Of a DNA stretch of 64,000 nt, positions 38,296 to 49,442 are shown piece after piece. The stretch lies in contig JAVRCJ020000021.1 of the NCBI GenBank assembly GCA_034530875.2, forward strand, positions 64,001 to 128,000, read 5' to 3'. The notes beneath the pieces were generated by a model. It searched no databases, was not told where the DNA came from, and saw only the letters and a list, made by a program, of their open reading frames with translations. The DNA comes from Nostoc sp. DedSLP01 (lineage in GTDB: Bacteria; Cyanobacteriota; Cyanobacteriia; Cyanobacteriales; Nostocaceae). Position numbers and translations under genes: made by a program. Numbering within the stretch: position 1 is the first letter of the stretch; each line of letters begins with the position of its first letter.

Positions 38296-39756
38296 ATGGC
38301 ATCCATCCGCGAGTTGCACGAACAGCTGGTTACAAAACAACGTTCTGCTGTTGAAATTACCCAAGAAGCTTTAGAACGCATTCAAGCATTAGAGCCGAAA
38401 TTACACAGCTTTTTATGTGTCACGGCAGAACGGGCATTAGAGCAGGCGGCTAATGTGGATGCCAAAATTGCTGCGGGAGAAGAAATTGGGCTGTTAGCAG
38501 GGATTCCTGTTGGCATTAAGGACAATATGTGTACCAAGGGGATTCCTACTACTTGCGGCTCCCGGATTTTGGAAAATTTTGTACCGCCTTATGAATCAAC
38601 GGTAACGCAAAAACTGGCGGATGCCGGGGCGGTTATGGTGGGTAAAACCAACTTGGATGAGTTTGCGATGGGTAGTTCCACAGAAAACTCTGCCTACCAA
38701 GTCACAGCTAATCCTTGGGACTTGTCGCGAGTTCCGGGTGGTTCTTCTGGTGGTTCCGCAGCAGCCGTAGCAGCCAAAGAATGTGTAGTTGCTCTCGGTT
38801 CTGATACGGGGGGTTCGATTCGCCAACCTGCCTCTTTCTGCGGTGTTGTGGGGATGAAACCAACTTATGGTTTGGTTTCGCGTTATGGTTTGGTGGCTTA
38901 TGCTTCGTCTTTAGACCAAATTGGGCCGTTTGGAGGCACAGTAGAAGATGCTGCTATCTTGTTAAGTGCGATCGCAGGTTACGACCCCAAAGACTCCACC
39001 AGCCTCAAAGTTCCCATTCCTGACTACGCTGCTAACTTAAGACCAGACTTTAAACCCAGAGGTCTGTTAAGAATTGGTGTTATTAAAGAAACTTTTGGTG
39101 AAGGTTTAGACTCCGTAGTGGAAGATGCTGTTACCAAAGCAGTAGATCGACTACAAAGTTTAGGAGCAGAGATTCATATAGTTTCCTGTCCCCGCTTTCG
39201 CTATGGCTTACCTACTTACTACATCATCGCCCCATCGGAAGCATCAGCGAACCTAGCTCGTTATGATGGCGTTAAATACGGTTACCGCGCTGCTGATGCC
39301 GATAATCTGCTATCGATGTACACTCGTACCCGCGCCAGTGGTTTTGGTACAGAAGTAAAACGCCGGATTATGATCGGCACTTACGCACTTTCGGCTGGTT
39401 ATTATGACGCTTACTACCTGAAAGCCCAAAAAGTCCGGACGCTGATTAAACAAGACTTTGAAAAGGCTTTTGCCGCAGTTGATGTGTTAGTTTGTCCCAC
39501 ATCTCCCACTACAGCATTTAAAGCAGGGGAAAAAACTACTGACCCCTTAAGTATGTATTTAAATGATTTAATGACTATTCCCGTAAATCTTGCTGGTTTA
39601 CCTAGTTTAAGCGTGCCATGTGGTTTTGACGAGCAAGGACTACCCATAGGATTACAGCTAATTGGTAACGTGCTGCGAGAAGACCAACTTTTTCAAATAG
39701 CCTATGCCTACGAGCAATCAACTACTTGGCATCTGCGTAAACCGCAAATATCTTGA
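38296..39756 (+). CDS. gatA: Asp/Glu-tRNA amidotransferase subunit A
   Basis: [56 protein letters not shown]. Confidence 0.97.
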   Translation: MASIRELHEQLVTKQRSAVEITQEALERIQALEPKLHSFLCVTAERALEQAANVDAKIAAGEEIGLLAGIPVGIKDNMCTKGIPTTCGSRILENFVPPYESTVTQKLADAGAVMVGKTNLDEFAMGSSTENSAYQVTANPWDLSRVPGGSSGGSAAAVAAKECVVALGSDTGGSIRQPASFCGVVGMKPTYGLVSRYGLVAYASSLDQIGPFGGTVEDAAILLSAIAGYDPKDSTSLKVPIPDYAANLRPDFKPRGLLRIGVIKETFGEGLDSVVEDAVTKAVDRLQSLGAEIHIVSCPRFRYGLPTYYIIAPSEASANLARYDGVKYGYRAADADNLLSMYTRTRASGFGTEVKRRIMIGTYALSAGYYDAYYLKAQKVRTLIKQDFEKAFAAVDVLVCPTSPTTAFKAGEKTTDPLSMYLNDLMTIPVNLAGLPSLSVPCGFDEQGLPIGLQLIGNVLREDQLFQIAYAYEQSTTWHLRKPQIS

Positions 39757-39920
39757 AAATTGGGGACTGGGGACTGGTGACTAGGAGACTCTTAAGACAC
39801 AGAGAGAATAACTCCTAACTCAACACTCAACAGCCACTTATTAGTTTCTTGATTAAAAAATCAAGCGCTTTCTGCAATTCCCCAGTCCCCAGTCTCCAGT
39901 CACCAGTCACCAGTCCCCAG

Positions 39921-40427
39921 TCACTTATTAGTCTGATTACTGACTATCGACTGTTGATTGTTATCTTCTGGAGTTATGGATTGAGCTGTAAGCGGTGCAT
40001 TAAGTGTATAAAGAAGACCAGCGGATGCACTTGCTAATAATAAGATATAGGTCAAAAGCAGAGGTATATGTATATTTCGTTTTTTATCTAAATTCTTATG
40101 AGTATTTTTAGAACTTTGGCGGATAACATTGTTGGTTATCAGCATGTGCGATAAAGTATTGCCATCTAACCCTAAAGCGTCTCCATAGCGACGGATGAAT
40201 CCTTGAAGAAAAATAGGCTCAGGCAATTCATCAAATCGCTCTTGTTCTAATGCTTGCAAAACGCCTAATCGAATCATGGTTTGAGCAGCAATTTCTTCGA
40301 TGCGTATAGATTTTTCTTCTCTTACTTGTCGTAAGTGGGTGCTTATTTCTTTTAATTGCTCTAGTTGAGCTTCGTTTAAGGGCGTCACAACTTTGTCTTC
40401 TCCTGTGTGGGCTAATTCTACTTTCAT
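39921..40427 (-). CDS. RodZ-like HTH (HTH_25) membrane protein, short form
   Basis: LRQVREEK...LQALE...LPEPIFLQGFIRRY plus TM helix. Confidence 0.8.
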   Translation of the reverse strand: MKVELAHTGEDKVVTPLNEAQLEQLKEISTHLRQVREEKSIRIEEIAAQTMIRLGVLQALEQERFDELPEPIFLQGFIRRYGDALGLDGNTLSHMLITNNVIRQSSKNTHKNLDKKRNIHIPLLLTYILLLASASAGLLYTLNAPLTAQSITPEDNNQQSIVSNQTNK

Positions 40428-40586
40428 TGAGAAGGCTTAAAGATGCATACGTAAATTTACTCGATATTTGATTTTTGAATAAATTTTTTTCACGATAACT
40501 TAATGCTCGATTTTTAAATGCTGAGGCAGATAGAACTCAGTATTTTTTTGTTATAATACATACCTAAAAAATTAAAAAGTTCGAGC

Positions 40587-41483
40587 ATGAAAATTAATAG
40601 TCTGCAATTTTTGATACCAGTATTTTTGCGGTTACTATTCTGGGCTGGGATAATTGCAGCATTTGCCTACTTTGCAATCTGTATATTTCTGTATATTCAA
40701 CAAACTCGGTTCATTTTCTTTCCCTCTGTTGTTATCGAAAAGACGCCAGAGTTTTTTAATCTGCCTTACGAAGAGGTTTGGTTACCTGTAACTGCTAAAA
40801 CAGGCAAGGTAGAACGCATTCATGGCTGGTGGATAAAAGCCAAGCAGCCCAATGCCAAGGTGTTGCTATATTTACACGGCAACGGTATCAATATTGGCGC
40901 AAATGTAGCTCATGCCAATCGGTTTCATCAGTTAGGGTTTTCGGTATTGCTGATTGATTATCGGGGTTATGGCCGCAGTGAGGGTTCGTTTCCAAATGAA
41001 AAGCGGGTTTATGAGGATGCAGTTACAGCTTGGAATTATTTGGTACGCCAACAACAGATTCCACCCAGCCAAATTTTTATTTATGGGCATTCTTTAGGCG
41101 GTGCCATCGCCATTGATTTAGCAGTGAAACATCCACAAGCTGCTGGTTTAATCGTGGAAAGCTCTTTTACCTCCATCCGCGATTTAATCGCTTATCGAAA
41201 TATGTTTTGGATGTTTCCTGTAGATTTAATCTTGACACAGCGCTTTGAGTCGATTAAAAAATTGCCAAACTTAAAAATGCCCGTTTTATTCATTCATGGC
41301 ACTGTCGATTCAGCTATACCCGCTTTCATGAGCCAAAAACTTTATGCAGCTGCTCCCGAACCAAAGCAACTATTATTGGTTCCAGGAGCAGACCATAATG
41401 ACACCGCTGTAGTTGGCGGTTCACAATATTTGCAATGGGTAGAGTCTTTTGTTCAACAAACTGTGGCAAGCCATAACTTCTAA
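40587..41483 (+). CDS. Alpha/beta hydrolase (ABHD12/Bem46-like)
   Basis: LHGN, DYRGYG.S, GHSLGG nucleophile, HG..D, DHND. Confidence 0.9.
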   Translation: MKINSLQFLIPVFLRLLFWAGIIAAFAYFAICIFLYIQQTRFIFFPSVVIEKTPEFFNLPYEEVWLPVTAKTGKVERIHGWWIKAKQPNAKVLLYLHGNGINIGANVAHANRFHQLGFSVLLIDYRGYGRSEGSFPNEKRVYEDAVTAWNYLVRQQQIPPSQIFIYGHSLGGAIAIDLAVKHPQAAGLIVESSFTSIRDLIAYRNMFWMFPVDLILTQRFESIKKLPNLKMPVLFIHGTVDSAIPAFMSQKLYAAAPEPKQLLLVPGADHNDTAVVGGSQYLQWVESFVQQTVASHNF

Positions 41484-41522
41484 CGTTGTCTTACACGTTT
41501 GCTCGACCTACAAATCAGGGTA

Positions 41523-41766
41523 GCGAAACGGGCGGTTAGAAACCGCGTCTACACAAACAAAACCCACCTGCCTGGGTTTCAACACTTTGATTTTTTATTA
41601 GTCCGCGCACCATCCGGACGAAAGCTTGTGTAGCTAAGCCACTGCGCCCTTGCGGTTTCCCGACTTGTTCGCCCTTGGCGTTCCCGTTCCCTCGGAGAGG
41701 GTTCCCGTAGGGTAGGGTAGCAAGTGGCGCGCGAATTCCATTCGCCAAGGCTTAAGTTGACACGTA
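41523..41766 (+). repeat. Composite dispersed repeat ending in a family B-like TIR
   Basis: Ends AAGTTGACAC; a degenerate inverted copy lies at about 58775-58920. Confidence 0.6.
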
Positions 41767-41836
41767 TACACAGCTACGATGTATATGTAACGGGTATTTC
41801 GCCAAATAGTATCAATTCATAAATCTTCATCAAAAT

Positions 41837-41873
41837 TATATTCCGATATATCGCGATATATTCCGATATATCG
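41837..41873. promoter_or_regulatory. Putative PadR operator (two CGATATATCG palindromes, 20-bp period)
   Basis: 17-bp direct repeat TATATTCCGATATATCG x2 just upstream of the PadR gene. Confidence 0.65.
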
Positions 41874-41905
41874 TATAGTAGAGAAAGTTGATTGGAAATT
41901 GATTT

Positions 41906-42532
41906 ATGTTTAGACACTTTAAATCGCACTTTAGGAAACCTGCATGGGCTGGAGTTAGCGAAGATGATTTTGTGTTTGTCAAGTCTTGGTTTGAGCATCG
42001 CAAGCATCATGGTAGACATGAGGACAAACACTTTGGTGATGAAATGTTTGGTCGTGGTTGGGGAGAGGAATATCGGACTCGTAGAGGTGATATCAAGTTC
42101 ATCTTGCTGGAGTTGTTATCCGAGCATCCGAGTCATGGTTACGACCTGATTAAAGAGATGGAAACTCGTTATGGTGGTTTCCGTCGTCTCAGTCCTGGCT
42201 CAGTCTATCCAACATTGCAATTGTTGGAGGAAGGCGGTTATTTAATTAGTTCCCAGGAAGGCGGTAAGCGGATTTACACAATTACAGATGAAGGTAGACA
42301 ACTTTTAAGAGAACGTACCCAACAAGAAACTTCAGATTCTCCTTGGGATACCTTCAAAAGTTTCATCAAAGGTAAACCCCAAGAGTTTCTTGAGTTGCGG
42401 AATGCTGCAACAGAATTAGCTGCTGTGGTGGTGCAGGTTGCTCGCAGTGGTAATGTAGAGCGAATAAATAGAGTGCGTGGGCTTTTAGAGGAAGTTAAAC
42501 GGGAAATTTACGCGATTTTGGCTGAAAAATAA
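41906..42532 (+). CDS. PadR family transcriptional regulator (YqjI-like, His-rich N-terminus)
   Basis: RGDIKFILL.LL...PSHGYDLIK, SPGSVYPTLQLLEE, KRIYTITDEG. Confidence 0.92.
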   Translation: MFRHFKSHFRKPAWAGVSEDDFVFVKSWFEHRKHHGRHEDKHFGDEMFGRGWGEEYRTRRGDIKFILLELLSEHPSHGYDLIKEMETRYGGFRRLSPGSVYPTLQLLEEGGYLISSQEGGKRIYTITDEGRQLLRERTQQETSDSPWDTFKSFIKGKPQEFLELRNAATELAAVVVQVARSGNVERINRVRGLLEEVKREIYAILAEK

Positions 42533-42587
42533 AATAGAGACGCTAAATTATGTAGCGTCTCTATTCTTGAAATGCTCAGTCTTGCCC

Positions 42588-43274
42588 TCAAACATTAGAT
42601 GCGATCGCGGTTAAATCTGGCTCAATGAGTGAGTTCAAGAATGTCCACAACTGCAAATCAGTAAAATCTGGTATTGCCATAAATGCGCCGATTTCCCGTA
42701 AGAGTTGGGGATTGTGAGTGGAGGCTATACCAATAGTGCGGATCTGTGCGCCTACCGCAGCGCGAATTCCAGAAGGAGAATCTTCTAGAGCGATCGCTTC
42801 CTCTGCTTGAATTCCCAAGTTATTTAAGGCAACTTTGTAGGGTGCAGGGTCGGGTTTACCTGCTATACAATCATCTGCTAAAACAATTGTATGGAAAGCT
42901 TCTTTTATCCCCAAAACTTCTAGCATAAATTCTGCATTTAATCTCGGAGCATTAGTTACTAATGCACGTTTTAACTGATGCTTTTCTGTCCATGCTAGTA
43001 GTTCCGAAAATCCACTTAGTGGTTGTAGATTGGAGGCAAGTTTGCGAAAAAGTGCCTCTTTTTCATCTGCAAATTTTTCCCCTTCTAATAGTGATAATTG
43101 TGGCAGAATATCTCGCACAATTTCTGGATTTAGTCGCCCACTAATTCGGGATTTATAAAATGCTTCGTCAATTTCGATAGCGAAATTTGACAGCATTTCT
43201 TTCCAAGCTCGGTAGTGTATAGGATCGCTATTGACAATAGTGCCATCTAGGTCAAAGAGAATTGCAGCCAACAT
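42588..43274 (-). CDS. HAD family phosphatase (subfamily IA)
   Basis: FDLDGT, LVTN, KPDP, EDSPSG; ATG 43274 preferred. Confidence 0.92.
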   Translation of the reverse strand: MLAAILFDLDGTIVNSDPIHYRAWKEMLSNFAIEIDEAFYKSRISGRLNPEIVRDILPQLSLLEGEKFADEKEALFRKLASNLQPLSGFSELLAWTEKHQLKRALVTNAPRLNAEFMLEVLGIKEAFHTIVLADDCIAGKPDPAPYKVALNNLGIQAEEAIALEDSPSGIRAAVGAQIRTIGIASTHNPQLLREIGAFMAIPDFTDLQLWTFLNSLIEPDLTAIASNV

Positions 43275-43415
43275 AATTTTTTTGGTACTATGTAAATAAT
43301 TGTTAACTTTATTTACATAGTTTACATTGTTTTTGTCCTTTAGCGATCGTTCTGTCAATATAGGGGACTGAGGAAGAAATTCGCTGACGAAAGATGGGAT
43401 TTGAACCAAATCTTA

Positions 43416-43580
43416 AGACGTTGTTTGAAAAGTGTTTTGCTGTGATTTTAGGCACGTTTAGATCCCCCCTAACCCCCCTTAAAAAGGGGGGAACCGGAAT
43501 CAAAGTCTCCCTTTTTAAGGGAGATTTAGAGGGATCTAGAACTTTTCGATACCAACAATAGGACTTTTCAAACATCCTCT
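43416..43580 (+). mobile_element. MITE-like element, family A
   Basis: AGACGTTGTTTGAAAAGT ... ACTTTTCAAACATCCTCT ends. Confidence 0.75.
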
Positions 43581-43747
43581 AAGAGTCGCAAATTAATCTG
43601 CTAAATCTTAAACTCTATCTTCTATAACTGGATAAGACATGTAAAGGTACACAAGTACAGTCTCTTGAGTAATCAGTTAACAGCGAAAAATTGTTAACGG
43701 ATTACTGTTTTAAGTAAATTCCACATTATTGATAACCTTGTAACTAA

Positions 43748-44518
43748 ATGTTAGGTGCTACAAACTTTTTTCGCGTTGACGAGCTATTAGTGGAGATTTA
43801 CAACTCTGAAGTTGAAATGGCCTTCTCAGTTGCAGAAATCACCCAAAAGTATTTACAGCAAGTTCTCAACGAACAAGATACAGCCACTGTTTTGTTAGCA
43901 ACAGGTAACTCCCAACTAAAATTTCTTGATGCTTTGATTAAATTGGGCGGTGTAGATTGGTCGCGGATTACTTTGTTTCATCTAGATGAATATTTGGGAA
44001 TTAGTGCCTATCATTCTGCCAGTTTCCGGCGTTATCTGCGAGAGCGTGTAGAAAAACGGATTGAGCCTCAGAAATTTCACTATATAGAAGGCGATACATT
44101 GCAACCAGTTGGAGAATGCGATCGCTACACAAAATTATTACAAGCACAACCAATTGATTTGTGTTGTCTTGGTCTTGGCGAAAATGGACATTTGGCTTTT
44201 AACGATCCGACTGTAGCAAATTTTCAAGATCCTTACAGCGTCAAGCTAGTTAAACTAGATAAAGTTAACCGTCAGCAACAAGTAAACACCGGTCAGTTTC
44301 CAGATATTGAAGCTGTTCCCCAGTATGCGTTTACTGTTACGATTCCGATGATTTGTTCTGCGAAAAAAATTATTTGTCTTGCTCCAGAAATACGTAAAGC
44401 AAATGTGGTTAAAGAGATGTTACAAGGAGCTATAAGGACAGATTGTCCGGCTTCTATTCTTCGCCAACAATCCCAAGCAACGTTATTTTTGGATGTTAAT
44501 TCTTCTAGTCTACTTTAA
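43748..44518 (+). CDS. nagB: Glucosamine-6-phosphate deaminase family protein
   Basis: LATGNS, FHLDEY, GLGENGHLAFND, PASIL motifs. Confidence 0.85.
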   Translation: MLGATNFFRVDELLVEIYNSEVEMAFSVAEITQKYLQQVLNEQDTATVLLATGNSQLKFLDALIKLGGVDWSRITLFHLDEYLGISAYHSASFRRYLRERVEKRIEPQKFHYIEGDTLQPVGECDRYTKLLQAQPIDLCCLGLGENGHLAFNDPTVANFQDPYSVKLVKLDKVNRQQQVNTGQFPDIEAVPQYAFTVTIPMICSAKKIICLAPEIRKANVVKEMLQGAIRTDCPASILRQQSQATLFLDVNSSSLL

Positions 44519-44567
44519 GTTGTAAACTCATCTGTATCTAAATTTTTTCTTTCGTTCAGACTCTTGA

Positions 44568-44660
44568 TATAGGAGGAGGCAGAAGGCAGGAGGTAAAACT
44601 ATTATCATTCCTAGCATTCACGCTTGTCATTATGTCCTAACATATCTGACTACAGCTATA
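44568..44660 (+). repeat. Dispersed repeat of about 90 bp bounded by TATA; inverted copy at 58139-58224
   Basis: Reverse-complement match including TGTCATTATGTCCTAACATATCTG. Confidence 0.8.
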
Positions 44661-44946
44661 TTACCAAAATTTAGAAAGATACAAGCCCTTTTTTGAGAAA
44701 AATAAAAGCAGCGGAAACCGCTACTCTGAGTTTAACGCTAATTTTCTGGAGAAGAAAAAATGCGAGGCAAGATAAATTTAAATCACAGGATTTATTCGCA
44801 GAGTATTCAACTTTGAATTTTGAGTTGATGGTAATTGGTCATTTGTCCTTTAAAAATATAAATGACTTATGACCAATGACAAAGAAAGAATTTAACAGCC
44901 TCTAACATCCTAAAATCAAAACTTGAGGCACGATCGGACGATTAGC

Positions 44947-45831
44947 TTATCTATAGCGAGAACCTGTTACTTCATTAGGATCGCTATAGGCTTTGGGTTT
45001 TTCGCGATTACGAGCCAGACCTGCTAAACCAGCTAGACCAAGCAAACCTAACCAACCCCAATTAGAATTGCGATCGCGATTGTCTTGGTAAGTTGTGACA
45101 CCTGTATTCCTGTTATTACCTGTGGTGTCACTATCTGGAACTGTAGTAGTACCAGTGCCCGTACCATCGCTTCCTGTAATACCAGTACCTGTACCATCTG
45201 TAGTCGTACCAGTGCCACTGCCACTACCTGTTGTACCAGTACCACCTGTGCCAGTACCTGTTGCGCCAGTACCTGTTGTATCAGTACCTGTTGTACCAGT
45301 GCCACTTGTACCACTTGTGCCTGTACCACCAATACCACTACCACCTGTGCCACTTGTGCCTGTACTACCAGTACCACTTGTGCCTGTACCACCTGTGCCA
45401 GTGCCACCAATACCACTACCACCAGTGCCACTTGTGCCTGTACCACCAATACCATCTGTACCAGTGCCACTTGTGCCTGTACCTGTTATGCCGCTACCAC
45501 CTGTGCCACTTGTGCCAGTGCCACCAATACCACCTGTACCAGTGCCACTTGTGCCTGTACCTGTTATACCGCTACCACCAGTGCCACTTGTGCCTGTACC
45601 ACCAATACCACCAGTACCACTTGTGCCTGTACCTGTTATGCCGCTACCACCAGTACCACTTGTGCCTGTACCTGTACTACCACTTGTGCCAGTTGTGGAA
45701 GTACTTCCAGAGCCAGAGCCACTACCAGAGGATCCGCTTTGGGCAGAAACAGAAATTGGTAAGGATGCAGAAGCAAAACTGATAGCAAAAAGACTAGCTA
45801 AAACAGTTTTAGATAAATCAGAAGGTCTCAT
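44947..45831 (-). CDS. Gly/Thr/Ser low-complexity surface protein with WGxxGxxG-CTERM anchor
   Basis: Signal peptide, GTGTSGTGG repeats, NWGWLGLLGLAGLAGL followed by basic residues. Confidence 0.88.
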   Translation of the reverse strand: MRPSDLSKTVLASLFAISFASASLPISVSAQSGSSGSGSGSGSTSTTGTSGSTGTGTSGTGGSGITGTGTSGTGGIGGTGTSGTGGSGITGTGTSGTGTGGIGGTGTSGTGGSGITGTGTSGTGTDGIGGTGTSGTGGSGIGGTGTGGTGTSGTGSTGTSGTGGSGIGGTGTSGTSGTGTTGTDTTGTGATGTGTGGTGTTGSGSGTGTTTDGTGTGITGSDGTGTGTTTVPDSDTTGNNRNTGVTTYQDNRDRNSNWGWLGLLGLAGLAGLARNREKPKAYSDPNEVTGSRYR

Positions 45832-46326
45832 GATTATGGTTCCTTGTATGTTCTAGAATTGTTGCGTTTTGTTGATTCTCAAAACCGATATTACCTACTC
45901 AACCTGCTACTTAATAGAGGTATTTTTTGGATAAACAAATTGATGAGCTTTTCACCTCAATCGAAATGTTAAAAAAACATCTGATTGGTAGAGATGAAAC
46001 TCAAAATAATCTTGGAGAGTTTTCAGCGACATTTAGAAAAATTTATAACTGTGTTTCCAAGAATGTTTTTTATTGAAAAATCATACTTTCCGCACAATTT
46101 TAAATTATTTGCAGGCAGAATGACATAAGTGCAAGAAATCATTGACTTGGCATCCCTGTGCTTTCAAATTTACAGATTTATTGTTTATTGAATTCACTAT
46201 TAATTAGATTATATGCTGCTGTTTTTTTAAACTTCTATCATAAGAAGAAAATAAATTATATCTAAGGGTTTAATTTATTCTTGATATTCTTTTTTTTGTT
46301 ATTACAATAATCATAAAAATAGCATT

Positions 46327-46515
46327 TTAGCGTTTGAAATTAGATAAGCAAGCCTCAAGATATATACAATCCTCGCATTGGATATTTTGCCCTGGATTGT
46401 TACATCCACAAGGTGGATTAATATAACATTCAGAAACATTTTTAGGTGTCGAAGACTTATTAAATATGAAGTATAAAGCTGCCTCTCGTAAGCAAAAAAT
46501 CAAATCTTGCACCAT
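46327..46515 (-). CDS. Possible small Cys-rich protein
   Basis: 62 aa from ATG 46515 with a clustered C-terminal Cys pattern. Confidence 0.4.
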   Translation of the reverse strand: MVQDLIFCLREAALYFIFNKSSTPKNVSECYINPPCGCNNPGQNIQCEDCIYLEACLSNFKR

Positions 46516-47848
46516 GTTATTTTGCTGCGATTGTATTTCAAGTAACAAATTTGCAGATACTGACTAGAAAAAACATAAAACTCTAAACAGCAAGATACTG
46601 CTAACTGTTGAAAGTCTATGAAATATCACTTGTATATCTTCTTTCAGTTGGGAACTTATAACTTCATACTCCAGGGGTGCATTACTTTAGACTCAAGGAA
46701 TATTTTTATTGTCGATTAGGTTGCAACCAAGGATATATGACAACGAACTTTAATTGCCGACTGTTAAAGATATCGCGAATATAGCAATCCGATTTGATTG
46801 AGCGAACTTACTTGTCTGGTGCGCAAAGCGAAGCGCAAGGGCGATACACAGGTAACAGGAAGAAAATAAGCGATCGAGGTGTACTTAGTTGTTTCAACAA
46901 TAAAATATGAATTCTAAGTAGGAGGCAGGAGGCAGGAGGCAGAAGGTAAAACCCTGAATAGTAAAAGGTTTCGCTCCTTTAGATTTTATATTTAATTATG
47001 TCCGCCTACTTATATTATTGTTTAATTCTCTTATATTAAGCCTATTAGCAAACTTCTCTAACTAGATCGCCAGTTTACTTCTGAATTCTGCGATAACCAC
47101 ACCACTATCTAAAACTCTTTTGTTGTAAGCAAGCATTAAGATGCTACAATTCCGTTGCTTTGCTAATTCCTGCATCCGTAGGTTTCTGAGTGGGCTGGTT
47201 TTCTATGTATAACATAACCTTAATACTATAGTAATCGAATTTGCTTCTTGAATCAGTGGTAAAGAAAGGAAAGAAGGAACAGGGAACGGGGAACAGCAAA
47301 AAAGTGTACTTAGCTTTGCAAAAATAAAGTAGGAGTTCTACATTTGGCAAAGTATGAGATTTTCAACTGCTTACCCTGCCTTCGTCGGGTTGGGATTTGG
47401 TCTGATTGCTGTTAAGTTTTTAGAGAACCCCTCAGACTCAACCAATGCCTGAGACTAAAAATAATTTTAATTGGAATCATTATCATCTCAGGTTCTAAAT
47501 TTATCGAACTCAATTTCCTATTGCTGCAATTTCAAATCCCCAGTTTCTTAGCAAAAGTCAGGATTTGATTTTTTAACAATGATTTCACATATCTGATATA
47601 TCAATTAGAAAGCTTATTTCAGAAGATCTACGGTAACAATAACCAAAGAGATCGCGGTATTTTAATCTCAAGAAATTTCATAGATCAGCTTACAAAACTC
47701 AAAAAGTACGATGAATTGGGGATGTAGAAGCTTTTGCGAACCTCCAGCCACCTTCTTGGTGTCTGTACCTCTACAGAAACTACCCAGAAAATTTGTTGCT
47801 TGAGATTCTAGCTTTGATGAAGATTTGTGCAGTATATAGGTTTTAATA

Positions 47849-49414
47849 GTGGAATTTTTAAATAATTTTTTATTTAGCAACCAATTTATTCCTCACGGAC
47901 ATTGCTATCTCTGGAAACCGGGATTGGTATTGTTGCATCTGCTTTCAGATGTCCTAACTGGACTTGCTTATTATTCCATTCCAGTCATGCTAGTTTATTT
48001 TGTTCGCAAACGGCGCGATGTGCCTTTTGACTGGATGTTCCTGATGTTTAGCACATTTATTGTTGCTTGTGGCACAACCCATTTAATGGATGTGTGGACG
48101 CTTTGGTATCCTACCTATTGGCTATCAGGGTTAATTAAAGCTATCACTGCTTTTGTCTCAGTAGTTACCGCTTTAGAACTTATACCTTTAATACCCCAGG
48201 CTTTAGTTTTACCTAGTCCTGCCCAACTAGAGACAGCCAACTCCCAACTCGCAACAGAAATTGCCGAACGCAAACGGACTGAGGAGATTTTAAGGGAAAG
48301 CGAACAACGCCTTGAAAGTATGGTTGAGGAACGGACGGCAGAATTAACAAAAATTAATCAATCACTACAGGCAGAAATTACTCAACGCCAGCGAATAGAA
48401 GTAGCATTGCGGGAAAGCGAACAGCGATTTCGGTCTGCATTCGATCAAGCTGCTGTTGGCATTGCTCATGTGGGAATAGATGGAAGATGGTTGTTAGTTA
48501 ATCAGAGGCTTTGCGATATTGTGGGTTACACGCCTAAAGAACTACAATCGCTCACTTTTCAAGATATTACCCACCCAGACGATTTAGAAACTGACCTGAA
48601 ATATGTTGAGTATATTTTAGCAGATCGGATTCAAACTTTCTCAATGGAAAAACGTTATTTTCGCAAAGATACTTCTATTGTTTGGGTTAATCTTACGGTA
48701 TCTTTAATCCGCGAATCTAGCAAAGAGCCAAAGTATTTGATTGCTGTGATTGAAGATATTAGCGATCGCAAACGCTCGCAGGAGCAAATCAAAGCATCTC
48801 TTTTAGAAAAGGAGGTGTTATTAAAAGAAATTTATCATCGCGTAAAAAATAATTTACAGGTGATTTCCAGTTTGCTAAATTTGCAATCTGCATACATCAA
48901 AAACCAAGATGATTTAGCCATATTCCAACAAAGTCAGCAGCGAATTGCATCAATAGCTTTGATTCACGAAAAATTGTATCAGTCTCAAGACTTAGCAAGA
49001 GTTAATTTCCGTGAGTATATTCAAGATTTAGTAGCCAGCTTATTTACTGCTTATGAAGTCAGTGAAGAGGCGATCGCTGTATCAATTGATATTGATGAGG
49101 ATGTTTTTCTAGGCTTGGATACAGCGATTCCTTGTAGCTTAATTATCCATGAACTTGTATCCAATTCTTTAAAATATGCATTTCCAGCAGGGAGAAATGG
49201 TTCAATTTTTATTCACCTTCATCGCAGCAGCGACAATAATTTTATCCTGAAAGTTAGCGATGACGGTATTGGTTTACCTTCAAATTTTGATTTACAAAAA
49301 ATATCATCCTTAGGTTTGCAGTTAGTAGATGCTCTTACCTATCAACTATCAGGAAGCATTCAGATAAAAGGTGATATGGGAGTAGAATCTCAGTTGACAT
49401 TTCCAATTATATAA
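47849..49414 (+). CDS. Sensor histidine kinase: ETR1-type ethylene-binding TM domain + PAS + HisKA_2/HATPase
   Basis: SD...LAYYSIP...FIVACGTTH; PAS (ITHPDD); EIYHRVKNNLQ; DDGIG. Confidence 0.88.
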   Translation: MEFLNNFLFSNQFIPHGHCYLWKPGLVLLHLLSDVLTGLAYYSIPVMLVYFVRKRRDVPFDWMFLMFSTFIVACGTTHLMDVWTLWYPTYWLSGLIKAITAFVSVVTALELIPLIPQALVLPSPAQLETANSQLATEIAERKRTEEILRESEQRLESMVEERTAELTKINQSLQAEITQRQRIEVALRESEQRFRSAFDQAAVGIAHVGIDGRWLLVNQRLCDIVGYTPKELQSLTFQDITHPDDLETDLKYVEYILADRIQTFSMEKRYFRKDTSIVWVNLTVSLIRESSKEPKYLIAVIEDISDRKRSQEQIKASLLEKEVLLKEIYHRVKNNLQVISSLLNLQSAYIKNQDDLAIFQQSQQRIASIALIHEKLYQSQDLARVNFREYIQDLVASLFTAYEVSEEAIAVSIDIDEDVFLGLDTAIPCSLIIHELVSNSLKYAFPAGRNGSIFIHLHRSSDNNFILKVSDDGIGLPSNFDLQKISSLGLQLVDALTYQLSGSIQIKGDMGVESQLTFPII

Positions 49415-49442
49415 GTATAAATAATAAAATAAACATCCAAGT

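Noticed and set aside
43384..43407. tRNA gene (minus strand reads GGTTCAAATCCCATC, T-loop-like)
   Set aside because: Only about 15-20 nt resemble a tRNA 3' half and I could not fold a cloverleaf across the adjacent MITE; tRNAscan-SE on the MITE-excised sequence would settle it
43275..43575. N-terminal extension of the HAD gene and ORF 43309-43575
   Set aside because: The HAD motif begins right after ATG 43274; the other ORF is mostly MITE sequence
45048..45856. Long alternative-frame ORFs (VP-rich, CT-rich, YQCHL-rich)
   Set aside because: Shadow frames of the Gly/Thr repeat gene, which alone has a signal peptide and a recognisable C-terminal motif
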